DNA of 61,822 nucleotides, filler included, from Globobulimina sp. (GCA_003354225.1; 22 parts of 22 records of this genome joined end to end with filler, not necessarily neighbours in it); one strand, 5' to 3'; shown: positions 1 through 14,082, numbered from the whole stretch's first letter. Numbers and translations: made by a program. The notes: generated by a model from the letters alone, not told the origin.

Positions 1-227
1 TACGTTGTTGTAAAAAGCTTAAAGTAGAAAATATCATTAATAATTCCTGCCACAAGTTGTTGTTGCACTTTTGTTTCTAAATCACTCTGAAATTTCGTTT
101 CTAAAAAAGTTGAATAATGGCACACACAGAAAAGAAAAAGGTGACAATGACAACTGCATATCGACAGAATAATTATTTAATTGTGGATAATAAACCAGAT
201 TCAGTGTCAGTGACTGTATATTTTCGC

Positions 228-1167
228 ATGTCCAGTAAACAATTGTTTAAACCAAATATAAAATCAAAAATACGTTCATTAAAAAATAGTGTCCATAAAT
301 ATGATGAAGGACAAGTATTAATTCGCGAATTAACATCAGATACGAATTTATTACCTAACAAATCGCAATTAACAGAATTGTCTCATTATTTGTTAAAATA
401 TGAAGGATTAACAGATTTATTATCATTTAAAATGCTATGGAAACGTTTGACGGATTATCATACTTTGCGGCATGTTGAAAAATCATTGTTAGTCATTCAA
501 CATTTATTAGCACAAAAACATCCATTTTATTCACGTGCATTTGAGAAATATTGTATGGATCGAAAACCAGAGTTTATCAAATTGCAAAATTATCATTTTA
601 AGATTGATTCAAGTGACATTGGACAAAATGTAAGACAGAGAGCAACACAAATTTATCAAACACTTTTTAAACCACAGCATATATCTCAAAATGTACAAGA
701 TATTGCTACTCCGTTGTCCCGAACAAAGAAAGCAGTCAAACCACAGAAACATAAACATCAACAAAAAAAACGCAAGAAAAAAAAACATACAAAAAAATTA
801 GTAAATGATAATAAATCAATGGATGATATGAAAAGTGTGGAGATCGAGGATTTATTATCATTGGACAGCAATAATTTTGAAGGTATCATATGTGTAATAT
901 ATTTCTGTACATATGTTTAATTTGAATCTGTTGTTTCTGACAGTTACCAAGAATAATAATGACCCGATCTTGAATAACAACCGTAATTATAACACTAATG
1001 ATGATGTTTTTGACATATTTGGAGAACTTCCATCATTTGAACAGAATGACAATGGCAATGAATATCAGGATTTCTTATCATGTTCAACTTCAACATCGGG
1101 AATGATAGTAAATAATGTTAATAATAATAGTAACTCGCGTGATTATAATTTCCCAGTTACATTTTGA
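228..1167 (+). CDS. ENTH-domain (epsin-like) protein, 2 exons
   Basis: ENTH-like segment: LIRELTSD...MLWKRLTD..RHVEKSLLVIQHLL...DIGQNVRQRATQI. GT-AG intron 883-943 joins ORF 117-920 in frame to ORF 913-1167. Low-complexity tail with DLL and FDIF motifs. Start at 228 is inferred; 117 is an alternative. Confidence 0.8.
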
Positions 1168-1354
1168 GTTTGTATTTGTTTAATTTTATTATATTATTAT
1201 TATTTTTTCCTCCGAATTCGTTATTATTATTTTTTCATGACTTTATCATTGCTTTTTTTTATGACGATTAGGTAAACCAGAAACGTGTCACTTCTTATTT
1301 CCAGTGAGCTAAACCCGGTCATAAACCACAAGAAAATCTTTTTTGTTTGACAAT

Positions 1355-2659
1355 ATGGGTTCCTCTCTGTCCACGCACATCTGCAGGACTAAACGAAGTG
1401 ATGCGAGATATAATTTATTGATATGTGGATATTTAAGAAACACTTGTGTTAAAATCAAACATTCAGCGAAACTCTTAAGAATATGCGCAAACTTTTACTG
1501 TTTAAAAACCAATTCAAATTTATTGATTTGGAGTGGTACAAAAGAAGAAGGTAATAAAGCATGCAATGGATTATCATTGATAAATATTTCAAATTACAGT
1601 TTTAATAAAAAAAATAATAATTCGGAAATATATCGCTTTAATATACATAATTTAGATGATAATAATTTTTGTGGTGTTGAATGGAACGAGAATTTTGATA
1701 AAATAAATTCAGCATATTCGCTAATTACAAATATACAAAAATTACCGAAATGGATAACAAATAGATACACCAAAACATTTAATCATAAAAAACATATAAA
1801 AGCATCCGAATATAATATGATTGTTCGTATTGGATGCGACGATTCTAATAAATCAAGATGTGATATGATGATATTTAATGCGAACAATGTCACATCAAAC
1901 GCAAATAACTTAATTCAATCATATTATATATCAAAAGTTGACACATTCCCGAAAATGCCATTTATTACAAATACAAACATTATTTCAAATCATATGCGTA
2001 AAAATGATGGTGATCCGATGATATTTGGGTACGGCGGGAAAAAGAGAAATAATCAAATATGGAATAACGTATATTCTGTGAATATGAGTTCATTGGAATG
2101 TAGGAAATATTGTCAATTATCCAAACCAAAAAGTGGTGTGACATTAGGCATCGATAATAATAATAATATGTTGCTTTTTGGTGGGATTTTTGGTGGAAAA
2201 TCGCAGAAAACATGCGATATTTTACAATTAGATAATAATTTATGTATACAAATACGTGATATGAGTTATTGTCGAATGTATGCTGGGTTTACGCATTTAA
2301 ATAATGATAATAATAAAATTATTGTTGGTGGTGGTTGTTTGGATGGTAATACAATGGAAATATTTGATATAAATAAAAATAAATGGAAGTTATTACAATG
2401 TAAAACAAATAAAAGGCATTTTAACTATCCGCTAATATGGAATGACACCAACAATAATAATATAATATACATTGGCGGCAATAAAACAAGAAACGAAACA
2501 GTAAAAGATTTGGGTTTTATCGAATGGTGTGACATCAGAGAAAATAAACCAAAATTTAATGTTTTATTCAATAATGAACCAATTAACCATTTATTTGGCT
2601 TAACAAAAAAAAATAATACGGATAAAAAAAATTGGATATCGCGAGCGCTTTTAATTTAA
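1355..2659 (+). CDS. Kelch-like beta-propeller protein with possible N-myristoylation site
   Basis: Repeated GG motifs (IFGYGG, LLFGG, IIVGGG, IYIGG), plus R..AG and EIFDINKNKW. N-terminus MGSSLS fits MGxxxS. Confidence 0.65.
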   Translation: MGSSLSTHICRTKRSDARYNLLICGYLRNTCVKIKHSAKLLRICANFYCLKTNSNLLIWSGTKEEGNKACNGLSLINISNYSFNKKNNNSEIYRFNIHNLDDNNFCGVEWNENFDKINSAYSLITNIQKLPKWITNRYTKTFNHKKHIKASEYNMIVRIGCDDSNKSRCDMMIFNANNVTSNANNLIQSYYISKVDTFPKMPFITNTNIISNHMRKNDGDPMIFGYGGKKRNNQIWNNVYSVNMSSLECRKYCQLSKPKSGVTLGIDNNNNMLLFGGIFGGKSQKTCDILQLDNNLCIQIRDMSYCRMYAGFTHLNNDNNKIIVGGGCLDGNTMEIFDINKNKWKLLQCKTNKRHFNYPLIWNDTNNNNIIYIGGNKTRNETVKDLGFIEWCDIRENKPKFNVLFNNEPINHLFGLTKKNNTDKKNWISRALLI

Positions 2660-2717
2660 TGATTGCTCTTTTTTTAATTTTAACGAGCACTTTTTTACTT
2701 CTTTTAATTTTAATTTA

Positions 2718-2817
2718 NNNNNNNNNNNNNNNNNNNNNNNNNNNNNNNNNNNNNNNNNNNNTTAATTAATTAANNNNNNNNNNNNNNNNNNNNNNNNNNN
2801 NNNNNNNNNNNNNNNNN
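2718..2817. other. Artificial contig-joining spacer (N44-TTAATTAATTAA-N44); first of 21 copies
   Basis: Same 100-nt spacer starts at 2718, 5535, 8351, 11167, 13983, 16799, 19615, 22431, 25246, 28061, 30876, 33691, 36505, 39319, 42133, 44947, 47760, 50573, 53386, 56199 and 59011. The 12-mer has stops in all six frames; contig lengths fall steadily from 2717 to 2712. Confidence 0.99.
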
Positions 2818-2880
2818 GGCCACTTGTTGTCATTAAACAAGTAATAAAAAATGTCATTAAACAAGTAATGAAAGATGGTG

Positions 2881-3291
2881 TCAAATAGCTTTTGCGGTTG
2901 GCAGCGGTGCCTGTCCTTCATCGAAATAAAGGTTAATATTCTCCTTTTCCTCCATTTGTACCTCATTTGCTTCGCAAACAATCGGGTTTTGAATCGATTT
3001 CATCGATTGTTGCATTTGTTGGCATGGCATAAAGGCTGATTGGGATGGGATTTGTTGTGATGGCGCACTGTTAAAGTTATTAAACGCAGACTGTTGGCTT
3101 TGTTGCCATTGCTGAAATTGCTGCATTTGTTGTATTTGTTGCATTGTTGCATTGTATTGTTGTTGTTGTTGTGGTTGGGCCACTTGTTGGTTGGCGTTTT
3201 GGTGTTGGTTTGCGTTGTTGGTGTTGTTGCTAAAATCAAATGTCAAACTTGATTGGTTGATATAACCGTGAGCGTTATTCCAAGAAGACAT
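2881..3291 (-). CDS. Q/N-rich low-complexity hypothetical protein
   Basis: Open frame from ATG 3291 (MSSWNN) with poly-Q tracts; no recognisable domain. Confidence 0.4.
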   Translation of the reverse strand: MSSWNNAHGYINQSSLTFDFSNNTNNANQHQNANQQVAQPQQQQQYNATMQQIQQMQQFQQWQQSQQSAFNNFNSAPSQQIPSQSAFMPCQQMQQSMKSIQNPIVCEANEVQMEEKENINLYFDEGQAPLPTAKAI

Positions 3292-3695
3292 TTTTAAAAA
3301 AGTTAAGGTTAGCAACAAAGTTTTTGAGTTGATTATAATCTTTGCATACGCAGCCGCGCTTTGGTTTCATTGAACTGGTTATCGTCACCATTCGGAATTC
3401 GAATTAGACGCTTGTCAAACAGTGTATTTTCTGTTTGGTCACTGCTTTTTTATGTAAACACAGTGGAGTTGGATATTGCTTTTTTGATAGGCAAGACTTG
3501 GTGTACACAAATTTGTGTTGTGGGTAAAAAAAAGATGTAGTTTTTTTGAATTGTATTATGAAAGTTTTTATTAATAATGCAATATTATGACTTTTGCTAC
3601 TTTGCATTCATGCAACAAACAACAAGGAAAAATAAAATTACATTAAAAAAATAAATAATAAACCACAAATATACTCTATCTGTATTTATCTATCT

Positions 3696-5534
3696 TCATT
3701 CATCTTTAGCTCGAAGATAAAACAACATATACGGTGTATCATTGCTTGGTAATGAGTTCAATTGTTTATATGACGATTTTGTAACTCGGTCATCATCAAA
3801 TCGATACCAATTCCCTCCATCCAAGCGATTATAAATATTCTCATTTTGTTGTTGTTCTTTTATATCATGTGAATAAGCAATATTTTGTGATTTATTATTC
3901 AAATAACATTTAAATGCATCATCTGAGTGTCTACCAAAAGAATAATAATGTCCAAATTGTGCATTATGTCCATGATGTACCACTACTGCGTATAATATGT
4001 ATGGTACAATTTCATGATTTGACGAATCCTGAATATCACGTTCAATCTGCAACAATAGCGGACAATCCACACTTTGCATTATCTTTTCACGAGTCTGCGT
4101 CTGCAAATTAACCTGATATCTTTTAAAACAAATTAATAACAATTTTGGTGGTCGTACAATTGATATAAATCGCATTGCTGACACATTCGCGTTGCATTTA
4201 TGACAAAAATATGTATTATCTGCACTTAAATGTTCTGCTTTCATATGATCATCAATCAATTGTTTGGTCGATATTTTCTTATAATTAGTTAATGCCAATG
4301 CTAAATCAAAAAATGCTTCAAATTTAGCAGACTTACTCTGGCAGCTCATACATTTTGTAGTGTAATTTAGCATTCCATGTGAAAAGGGATCGAGTCGTAA
4401 TTGTTTCAATTGATGAATCTCCGTCCAATGAAATGATGTCTTATCATAAATATCCTCCATAATTGATGATTGATCGATTGTTTCCCAAATACAATTTAGC
4501 ACAAATTTCGCAAACTCATTGCTATCTTGCTATGTACAACACAGTATACAAATGGATACAGTATAAATATCACACAACTGCACACAGGCAACACAACACA
4601 AAATACAAAATAAATACAAAACCTGTTTACCAGGACGCCACCGTTTGGGCAACTTCCTCACAAATGATTGAGTATCAGCCACTCTTTGTTTTTTTTCATA
4701 CAAAGTGCGCAATAAATTTTTAAATTCAATGGTTGCTTGTTGTTGTCGCGAATATTGTATTTGTACCTCATTGGCGGCTTGGTTTTTCATTTTATATTTC
4801 TTTGCCCATTTCGGATCATATCGCAATTCGTTCACGTTATTTAATAAAAAATCTCTATACATATCACTGCAGTTTATGGCCTGCAAAACAGCATTCATAT
4901 AACAGGTCGCACCAATATTGCGCAAACCGACCATATTGTCTGCATTCGAATTCTTGTAATTATAATTTTTAATATTTGCCTCATTATTAAAGGATGTAAA
5001 GTCGTCACTGACTGTTTTCCAGTCATCGTCGTCGCCAAAATTAAAATTAAAATCTGCCACGGATTCACTCATAAATGGGATTGGTTTCGGTGCCGCTTTC
5101 ATATATTTTGTGTCTTGGTAAAACGTTCCATTTTTGAATTTTTCTTTCATCATTTTCCTTCTTGATATTCTAGCTCGTGTTTCTACGTCAATTGAGGTGT
5201 AATCTTTACTCGGATCCGGTGCTACTTTCATATCGCTCGAGCTCTCTTTGTATACATTTGAGTGAGATTGCAATTGAGAATAGGAATGTTTTCCATGTTT
5301 GTCATGTTTCTGTGCTACGTATACAGTTTGCGGCTTATTTGTTTGTTTTGGTTTGCCAACGGATCCAATATTTGTGTTCGAATTCATATTTCTACGATAT
5401 TCTGCTGCAAGTTTGTGTGTAATCAATAATGCGTCCAATAATGGCTGCAATGCACCACCGATTCTAAAGATTTGGTGGATACTATTTCTATACGGATTGT
5501 GATTGGGATTAGATGGCTTGGATGCATTTCGAGC
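3696..5534 (-). CDS. Ubiquitin-specific protease (peptidase C19), 5'-truncated
   Basis: Cys box GLRNIGATCYMNAVLQ. Intron 4530-4622 restores QQDSNEF. Zn-ribbon CxxC pairs. His box YAVVVHHG..AQFGHYYS, then WYRFDDDRV and PYMLFY. Frame is open to the contig end. Confidence 0.95.
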
Positions 5535-5775
5535 NNNNNNNNNNNNNNNNNNNNNNNNNNNNNNNNNNNNNNNNNNNNTTAATTAATTAANNNNNNNNNN
5601 NNNNNNNNNNNNNNNNNNNNNNNNNNNNNNNNNNAAAAACAAAAAACACAACAAACACATTCAAACAAATCAACAAAAAAACACACGACAAAACACACAA
5701 CAAAACAAATTTTTAATCTGAAATTTTAGCTAAAATGTTAATTTTTTTAACACATCATTTCTCTCATATTCTTGT

Positions 5776-6816
5776 TTAAATAGTTGTAGTAACGTCAGTA
5801 ACCTCAACAGTACTCGTTTGTGAATGAGCGCTAACTTTGGATTTTGAATGAATCGATAATTGAACCTCATCATTGGTCATTGAATCAAGAAAACATTTTT
5901 CAAAACATTTACAACATCCTTTTGTACATACATTGCATTTAAATGCTTCATAATAATATCGATTAAATTTAAATGATACAAATATGACAATGATATTGAT
6001 CAAAAAATCTAATGTGGTCGGAAATGCACCCAATAAATTTGCCGCAGCAAATAGCCATAATAACACGGTCGAAAACGCTGCCAAAGTAACAATGGTTGTT
6101 TGTTCCTTCATTAATTGAATAAGGTCAAGATCCTCGCTCTGATTTTTATTAATACTCCGCTTAAACTTATAAATAGTTTGTATGATTTTTTTTAATTTGC
6201 TAAAAAATATCAACCATAAAATAACATTGGTACACAACACACATAAACCAATTAAGGCCATGGCGATGGAAAGCATTGTATTGCTTTTTGCCAATCCGGA
6301 ACAAGTAACACCTTCTCCATCATACGCGATCTCTTGTGTGTATATATTGAATGGCGAGGCGTCCACAACGATGGTCGCAAACACTAATACAGAAAGCCAG
6401 GCAGTTACAAAAATTATGCGAAATCCATAATTTGTACATCTGGATAATTGTAAGTCCGTATCTCGAAACGTTATACGTAACCTTTCGACGAACAGATTAA
6501 TAATAGACATCTGAAGGAATCCGAGACTGATTGGGACCATAATAGTGACCGCGTTGCAAATTGTAACTTGATCCGCGTTTGGTGCGATTGAACGAAATAC
6601 AGGTAATGCGATGGGGACTGCTGTTGCGCTAAAAAAGTAAAAGGGTGCTACGATGTAGACCGCATAAATTGAGATTTTAAATGGTGTTGGAAATTGTACG
6701 TATACTGAATCCGATCTTAATTTCTTTACTATTATGATCAGACATATTACAGATATAATTAAGCCAATATATGCAATAATTTGCTGCAAATACCAGTGCC
6801 AAATAAACTTGTTCAT
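5776..6816 (-). CDS. Seven-transmembrane (GPCR-like) membrane protein
   Basis: About 7 hydrophobic segments, LFVERLRITF after TM3, Cys-rich cytoplasmic tail. ATG at 6816 (MNKFIW). Confidence 0.6.
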   Translation of the reverse strand: MNKFIWHWYLQQIIAYIGLIISVICLIIIVKKLRSDSVYVQFPTPFKISIYAVYIVAPFYFFSATAVPIALPVFRSIAPNADQVTICNAVTIMVPISLGFLQMSIINLFVERLRITFRDTDLQLSRCTNYGFRIIFVTAWLSVLVFATIVVDASPFNIYTQEIAYDGEGVTCSGLAKSNTMLSIAMALIGLCVLCTNVILWLIFFSKLKKIIQTIYKFKRSINKNQSEDLDLIQLMKEQTTIVTLAAFSTVLLWLFAAANLLGAFPTTLDFLINIIVIFVSFKFNRYYYEAFKCNVCTKGCCKCFEKCFLDSMTNDEVQLSIHSKSKVSAHSQTSTVEVTDVTTTI

Positions 6817-6929
6817 AACTGTAGTGTAATGATACTTTAGTTTTGAATAGAGAAATTTGTTGAGGAAGGAGGATTGAGGAAAATGTTTTTTTCGTTTCAC
6901 GTTTTTTTTTTCAGTAAACAGTTTGAATA

Positions 6930-8185
6930 ATGCTTGAACAAAAAAAAGAAACATGCTCCGGTAACGGCACGTCAAGTTCACAAACGCCTTATTACGTTGG
7001 AGGAATAATATGTGTGGTTGTAGCCGTTGTGGCGCAAGTTACGTACGCTGAGGTTATGCAGTCTTTTAAAAACGGATCATACAATCACCTATATTTCATT
7101 CGATATTGCTGTATGGGTGGCTATACATTGGCTATTATACCTTGCTTTTTTCTGAATAGATATGGCCTAAAAAAATTGAAAAAGCTACAATCACCAAACG
7201 ATAATGCCAGTGTCGCACCGGCTGAGTGCGAGTCATATTCAATATTGCCTGCGGATTCTGTAAATAGCAAAACACAAAACGCAACGTTGGTAATTCAAAC
7301 TAAATCATATAAGGAAGATTACGAAAGATCATTATTCCAATTTATGTATACTATAAAAACGGGTATCATATTTATTGCCGTAGACTCATTCTTTTGTGGA
7401 TATTCCTGGTATATCTCATTGGATTATACGACTGTCGCTGCCAATAATACTATGATGCAGTCACAATGTGTATTTATATTATTATTCTCCGCACTTGTTC
7501 TGAAAACAAAGGTTGTTATTTCTCTCATTCTCTGATGCAAAATTTGACATTTATTAATTCGTCAATGTACACTGCAATGTCAAATTCTGCATCTATTAAT
7601 CAGATAACATGCGTTAAATCAATGGCTATTTTGGTGGCAGTGGGTGGTGTGGCCATGGTCTCATTTGGTACCACAAAAGTGAATGATGATACAATTGAAA
7701 CGAGGTGGTATGGCTACGTCGCCTGTTTAATAGCAACAATATTGCAGGCCATAGCGGTTGTGGCTATAAAGTACGTTGGGAATAAATATTTTCGACACTC
7801 TTTCGAGATGGCTGATAATTTTGCGTTGATGACAGGAATGGGGATCTTTATTTTGTTATGTTTATGGCCAGGAATTATTCTTTTGGATATGAGTGGAGTG
7901 GAAAGCTTTGCATTCCCTAAAACCTACGATAATGTGTTGACTGTTGTTTTGCCGATCTTTATTGATGCCGTATATATTGGAAGTTTAACGGCTGGCATTA
8001 CGTTAACATCTCCTGTTTTTATGAGCATTGGTATGTTGACAGTAATTCCTGTTTCGTTTATGGTTGACATTTGGTTGCACGGTTTGGAGGTTACAGTATT
8101 GGCTGTTATTGGATCTGTCTGTATATTCATCAGTTTTATAGTGATTGAGATACCCACAAATAAACTCATTCCTTGCATAAAATAA
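6930..8185 (+). CDS. DMT/EamA superfamily transporter (SLC35F-like), 2 exons
   Basis: SLDYTTVAANNTMMQSQCVFILLFS and TSPVFMSIGMLTVIPVSFMVD motifs. Intron 7512-7603 joins LKTK to ITCVKSMAILVAVGGV in frame; about 10 TM segments. Confidence 0.85.
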
Positions 8186-8452
8186 CTCATTCATTAATAA
8201 GATTTTTGAGTTAAAACTTTACTTTTTTCGAATTGAGGCTCAAAAAAAAAAAAAAAAACTAAAAAAAAAAACGTTGCTATATATACGGGAGTATAGGATT
8301 TCTACCTATCATGGGGTGAGCGGGGAACCAGTTTTAATGGCCTCCATTGANNNNNNNNNNNNNNNNNNNNNNNNNNNNNNNNNNNNNNNNNNNNTTAATT
8401 AATTAANNNNNNNNNNNNNNNNNNNNNNNNNNNNNNNNNNNNNNNNNNNNAG

Positions 8453-9572
8453 ATTTCACTCAGTAATGGTCTTGAATGGAAAGATGGACTGCTTCACTGT
8501 CCAGTGAATAGTCCGTATAACGGCGCAAATATGGCGCCATGTATTATTGATGCATCGAATGGAAATGGCATCATGAAGGACATAGAAATTGTTGCACCAG
8601 AGGGGATGCCCAAAAATGTATGGATTATACCTGGGATATATCAAGGGACAAATACTGTGACCTGCAGTGCTGTTGACACCTTAAATGGCGCAGTTGAAGG
8701 TGATACAAGTACGCTTCCCATGGATGTAAATAGTGATTGTTGGTGGAATTGGGGTCCTACCATTGAGCCAACCATACAGCCTACACTGCAGACTGCGGTG
8801 CCAAGTATGAGGCCTACATCAACGCCCACTGCCAGTCCAAGGTATATAGTATATATTAATTTGTATGTTATGGTTGATTTTATATGATAAAGCACTCCAA
8901 ATCCATCTCAATATCCGTCCAAAACACCATCGACAACAACACAGACACCAACACAGACGCAAATAACATATGCATCCGTACCAACGTTGAGTTTAAGGAG
9001 CACAACAAACACAAATACAATTATTGCAACGCAGGATATGTTAAAATATGATATCGAGACAAATAAAGGTTTGTGTGTGTGTACAGTTTGATAATTTGTT
9101 GTATGCTGCAAATGAAATGTCAGGTATTGTTAGGATGTTTTTATCAAATCTGCGTTTATTGGTATTTATTGTGAGCGGTGCATTGCTTATTTGTTGTTGT
9201 TTAATTATTTTCTGTTGCATTAAAAAAAAGCATTCAAAAGGTGGTGTTTCTGCAAATGAGGACGTAATTCATTATCAATTAAAATCCAATTCGTCAAAGC
9301 ATGTGATCACAGTATCAATGAGTCCAAGGGACATAACATCAAATCATAGGCATAAGAGAGTAGGATCAATGAGTCCAATTACAAGCAGTGCACATAGCAG
9401 ATCGAGAGTATTATCAAATTATAGCGATAGTGCATGCACAAAAAGATTGGAATTAAATGTGACTGCGTCGTTTGATGATGTTATGCCACTCCAAGAGTTG
9501 GATGATAATGATGAGGAGGCAGATTATATGGATTCATATGCTTCGTCATCTGGGAGTGAAGATGCACTCTAA
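8453..9572 (+). CDS. Type I membrane/surface protein with Cys-rich domain and P/T-rich stalk, 5'-truncated
   Basis: Introns 8842-8892 and 9069-9123 give one continuous frame: LLHCP...APCII ectodomain, PT/PS repeats, TM (LLVFIVSGALLICCCLIIFCCI), Ser-rich tail. Confidence 0.7.
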
Positions 9573-9901
9573 TTACATATTATGCTATTTTTCTTTCTTT
9601 CTTTTTCATTCTTCGGTTTTTTATTTTCTTTTCCATTTTAGCTTTGTTTCTTTTGTAATGAGGGAGGGTTTTGTTGATTTTTTTGCTGACTATATATTTA
9701 TAATCATTTTTAATCTCTTGATAAAAAAAACTTTTCTAAATTAAATTACTCTTTAAAGTTTAAACAGTCATCACTTCTTTGTCAAACTTACTCTTTAAAC
9801 AAAAGCTGTATGTATCTGTAATTTTGTATGTGCATTTATTTCGTACATGTGTTTGCTGACAATTTAAAATACAGCAACAACAAAACAATAGCCGGAATAA
9901 A

Positions 9902-10312
9902 ATGATTTCTGCAGTATTACGATTATTAGTATCAACATACATAACAGCTCGAGTATGGGACTCAAACAATTTTGATTTAGTATCAAAAGGCATGAACATT
10001 GCATTTATTTTATTTGGAAAAGCAAAGAAAATGGATGAAAAATTTGGAATTTTAGAGATATTTGAATCAGCAATTTGTAAAATAAAAACATTTAATAAAA
10101 AACATAAATTATATCAACGTTTTGAAGAAACAACAAAATCATTGGATAAAAAGTATCATGTCACTCAATATGTAAATAAGGTGATTGAAAACGAGAAAAT
10201 TAAACAAATATCAAAAAAAGTAAATGATACGGTTTCACAAACCATGAATACGGTCGATACACAAATTCAAGAAATTAAACAATTTGAACAAAATCAAGTA
10301 AAATCAATTTGA
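9902..10312 (+). CDS. Hypothetical helical protein
   Basis: 136-aa ORF in AT-rich DNA with amphipathic helical pattern; no domain recognised. Confidence 0.45.
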   Translation: MISAVLRLLVSTYITARVWDSNNFDLVSKGMNIAFILFGKAKKMDEKFGILEIFESAICKIKTFNKKHKLYQRFEETTKSLDKKYHVTQYVNKVIENEKIKQISKKVNDTVSQTMNTVDTQIQEIKQFEQNQVKSI

Positions 10313-11266
10313 AAATCAAACAAATTATAATTAATTACATATGATTTCAATACAGGACCTACATTTTTTTGTTATTATTAATATTTAACTTTCATCATTT
10401 ATTTTCAGGATGTTTACTATAAGTAAGTACGTGTTAAATTGCACCCATTAATTTTACAATAATAATAATTATATCATACTAAAATTTTATCCATGTTCTT
10501 TTTTTTGCTGATGAGGATTAATCTGAACAACAATTTGTATTCATCAGCAACGAAAACGATGACAATGTTTGAAACATACAATCTAAATGAGTTATAGTGT
10601 TAAAATAATTACCAGTAGTTTTTTAAGAAAAATTACCGACTGATAGACAATATAATTGTGTGACTTTAGTCATCAGCTGACATTTTTGATGCAAATTCAT
10701 TGTCTGTTTTAGGATCCAGATCACAAGAATATGGTGAATTATCCAAATGTGAAATCTATATTTACAAACAACAAAAAATTAAAACAAACCAAACAAACAA
10801 TCACATACATTCAAAAAGTAATAAATCTTGTCTCAATCCATCAGTATTACTTGTTTGTTGTATTGATATTTTTATTTTTGGATATTTAATATTTAATGAT
10901 GATGAGATTGATGAATATACATAAAATAACCAACTTCGTCTATCTCCACCTTCTTCTTCTTCCTCCCACTCCTTCCAAATCCCATATACTGAACACTTGA
11001 TTTTATTTGTTTTTCTTGTTTCACTTAAAATATCCAATAAACCACATAATGAAAATTGATATGAACCATATCCAACATAATCTGCACATTGAATAACAAT
11101 ATGATTCAAATTTGGAAATCAATTTATCAAACTACTCTTCAATAAATTCCTGCCACCAATGATCTCNNNNNNNNNNNNNNNNNNNNNNNNNNNNNNNNNN
11201 NNNNNNNNNNTTAATTAATTAANNNNNNNNNNNNNNNNNNNNNNNNNNNNNNNNNNNNNNNNNNNN

Positions 11267-11986
11267 ACCAGCATTACCATCACTAAAAATAATATGGAAC
11301 AGACATATAAAAATACGTCAGTTACACGCTGGTCTTCGGGCGTTATTCCCCATAAAACGTCTCCAAATTCGCATAATAAGCCGCACGAAAATGACGTATT
11401 TAAGTCCTCGAAATCCCCTTTGGTTGTTTTTGTTGTTTGTATACATATTTCTGTGCATAACATGACCGCATAATTAATTTCAAAAATGCTGATTGTGACA
11501 ACATATATAAAATTACATACATGTAAAATACGTTCTGTGTTTAGTTTGGACAAAGGGATACATGCAAGTTGATGCGACGAGAGAGGTATTGGAAGAATTG
11601 GAGAATGAGGTGTCATTTGATGGTAATAAATAATATAATCCATGTGCGACAAGGATATCTCTTGGTAATTGTTCTAGAAAATATTCAGGGAAGATTTCAA
11701 CCAAATACGCTGTGTCAATTTGGTATAATAACAGTGGGTCTGATGCATTTATATAATAAACAATTTCTGACACGTTCCACAGATAAACGTTTTTAGGCAG
11801 TATATAGTCTTCGGGAAGGAATAGGTCCTCGATGAAAGTACGGTATTCTGAATTGACGGTTGCATACATGCCACCCGTATGGGTGGTATTTATCATAGAT
11901 GCATTGTTGCTGAATACACTATGGATTTTACAAAATAATATGATAATTGCTATGCAATTCATATAAACTGAGCTGTTGGTGATCAT
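11267..11986 (-). CDS. Signal-peptide membrane protein, 3'-truncated
   Basis: Hydrophobic N-terminus and N-glycosylation sequons. A GTATGT donor near 11520 spliced to an AG near 11419 gives YFTWDFEDL...VFLYVCSILFLVMVML (TM). Confidence 0.45.
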
Positions 11987-12743
11987 GTTTGAGTTGTTTT
12001 GAGTGGTTAATTAAAAAAAAAACTCTGATATGTTGAGCTTCGAATGTGTAACACCCTCATTTGAAAAGGAACACACTGAGACATTCAAAACCATATTGGC
12101 TTTCCATCGTTGTGAATTAATCATTAGCAACGACTTTGGCGGAAGAATATGATATGCAATCATTGGTTATGCAAGAACGTTCAGCCAATGTACCAGAAAA
12201 ATATTTCATTGATGGAAATACGGAACTATAATGGAAGCACCATTTATAATATATATAGTGTAGTGCAATTGGGACAATCTACAAAAGAAATGAAACAAAG
12301 AGAACAAGTCCGTGAAGAAAATAAGTTATTAAAGGAGAGAGAACGAAAAAGAAGGGGTGGTCCACAAGATCAACACACCAAATATGGAAAAATTACATTG
12401 GATTCTGTTGATGTGGGAGTACAGCAATTGTCGGTTAATGATGATTTGCCTTCGAACCGTTATGGGAAGGAAACGATAATCGCCACATGGTTTTATACAG
12501 GTAAATGATGGAAATATTCAATTTAAAACTCGATAAAATGAAAAATAAAAAATAGTTTGAAACTGATACTTTTTTTTTGAAATTCAAACTGAAAAATATC
12601 AGATTCAAACTCGAAAATAAATATTTTAATTTTTGATTGGAAGGTAGAAAATTTTATTTGATTGGAAGTTTGAAAATAATATTGATTTTTTTTGTCTATT
12701 CAGGAAAGGATAGAAAGATTCATGAAGTTATATTGCGGCATAA

Positions 12744-13567
<824 letters not shown>

Positions 13568-14082
13568 AATTAAAATAAATTGAGATAAATTATATTTGTT
13601 TTTATTTATTTTTACCAATTTTGTTCTTTTTTTGAAGTTTGCACGTTTGATTAAGTAATTTAGTTTTATCTTTGTGGATATTTTTTTCTTCCAAGTGCAA
13701 CTTAGACGAGCAAGTGCAAGGATATTTTATATCGATCGTTTCTCCACTAAGCCATCAGTGTTTGTCGCTACTTTGATGATTAAACGATAACCCCCTCCCC
13801 TCTTTGTATACCGAAAATTGTTCTGGATTAGCAAACCTATAGCAAACCGTTTCTGGATTTGCAAAGTTTCTCACATAATTGATATACAACTTCTCGATGG
13901 GGGTTAACTTATCTATCTTACTTTAACGATATATTCCAAAAGATAACCCACCCCCCCTTGTATACGGAAAATTCAATTATAANNNNNNNNNNNNNNNNNN
14001 NNNNNNNNNNNNNNNNNNNNNNNNNNTTAATTAATTAANNNNNNNNNNNNNNNNNNNNNNNNNNNNNNNNNNNNNNNNNNNN

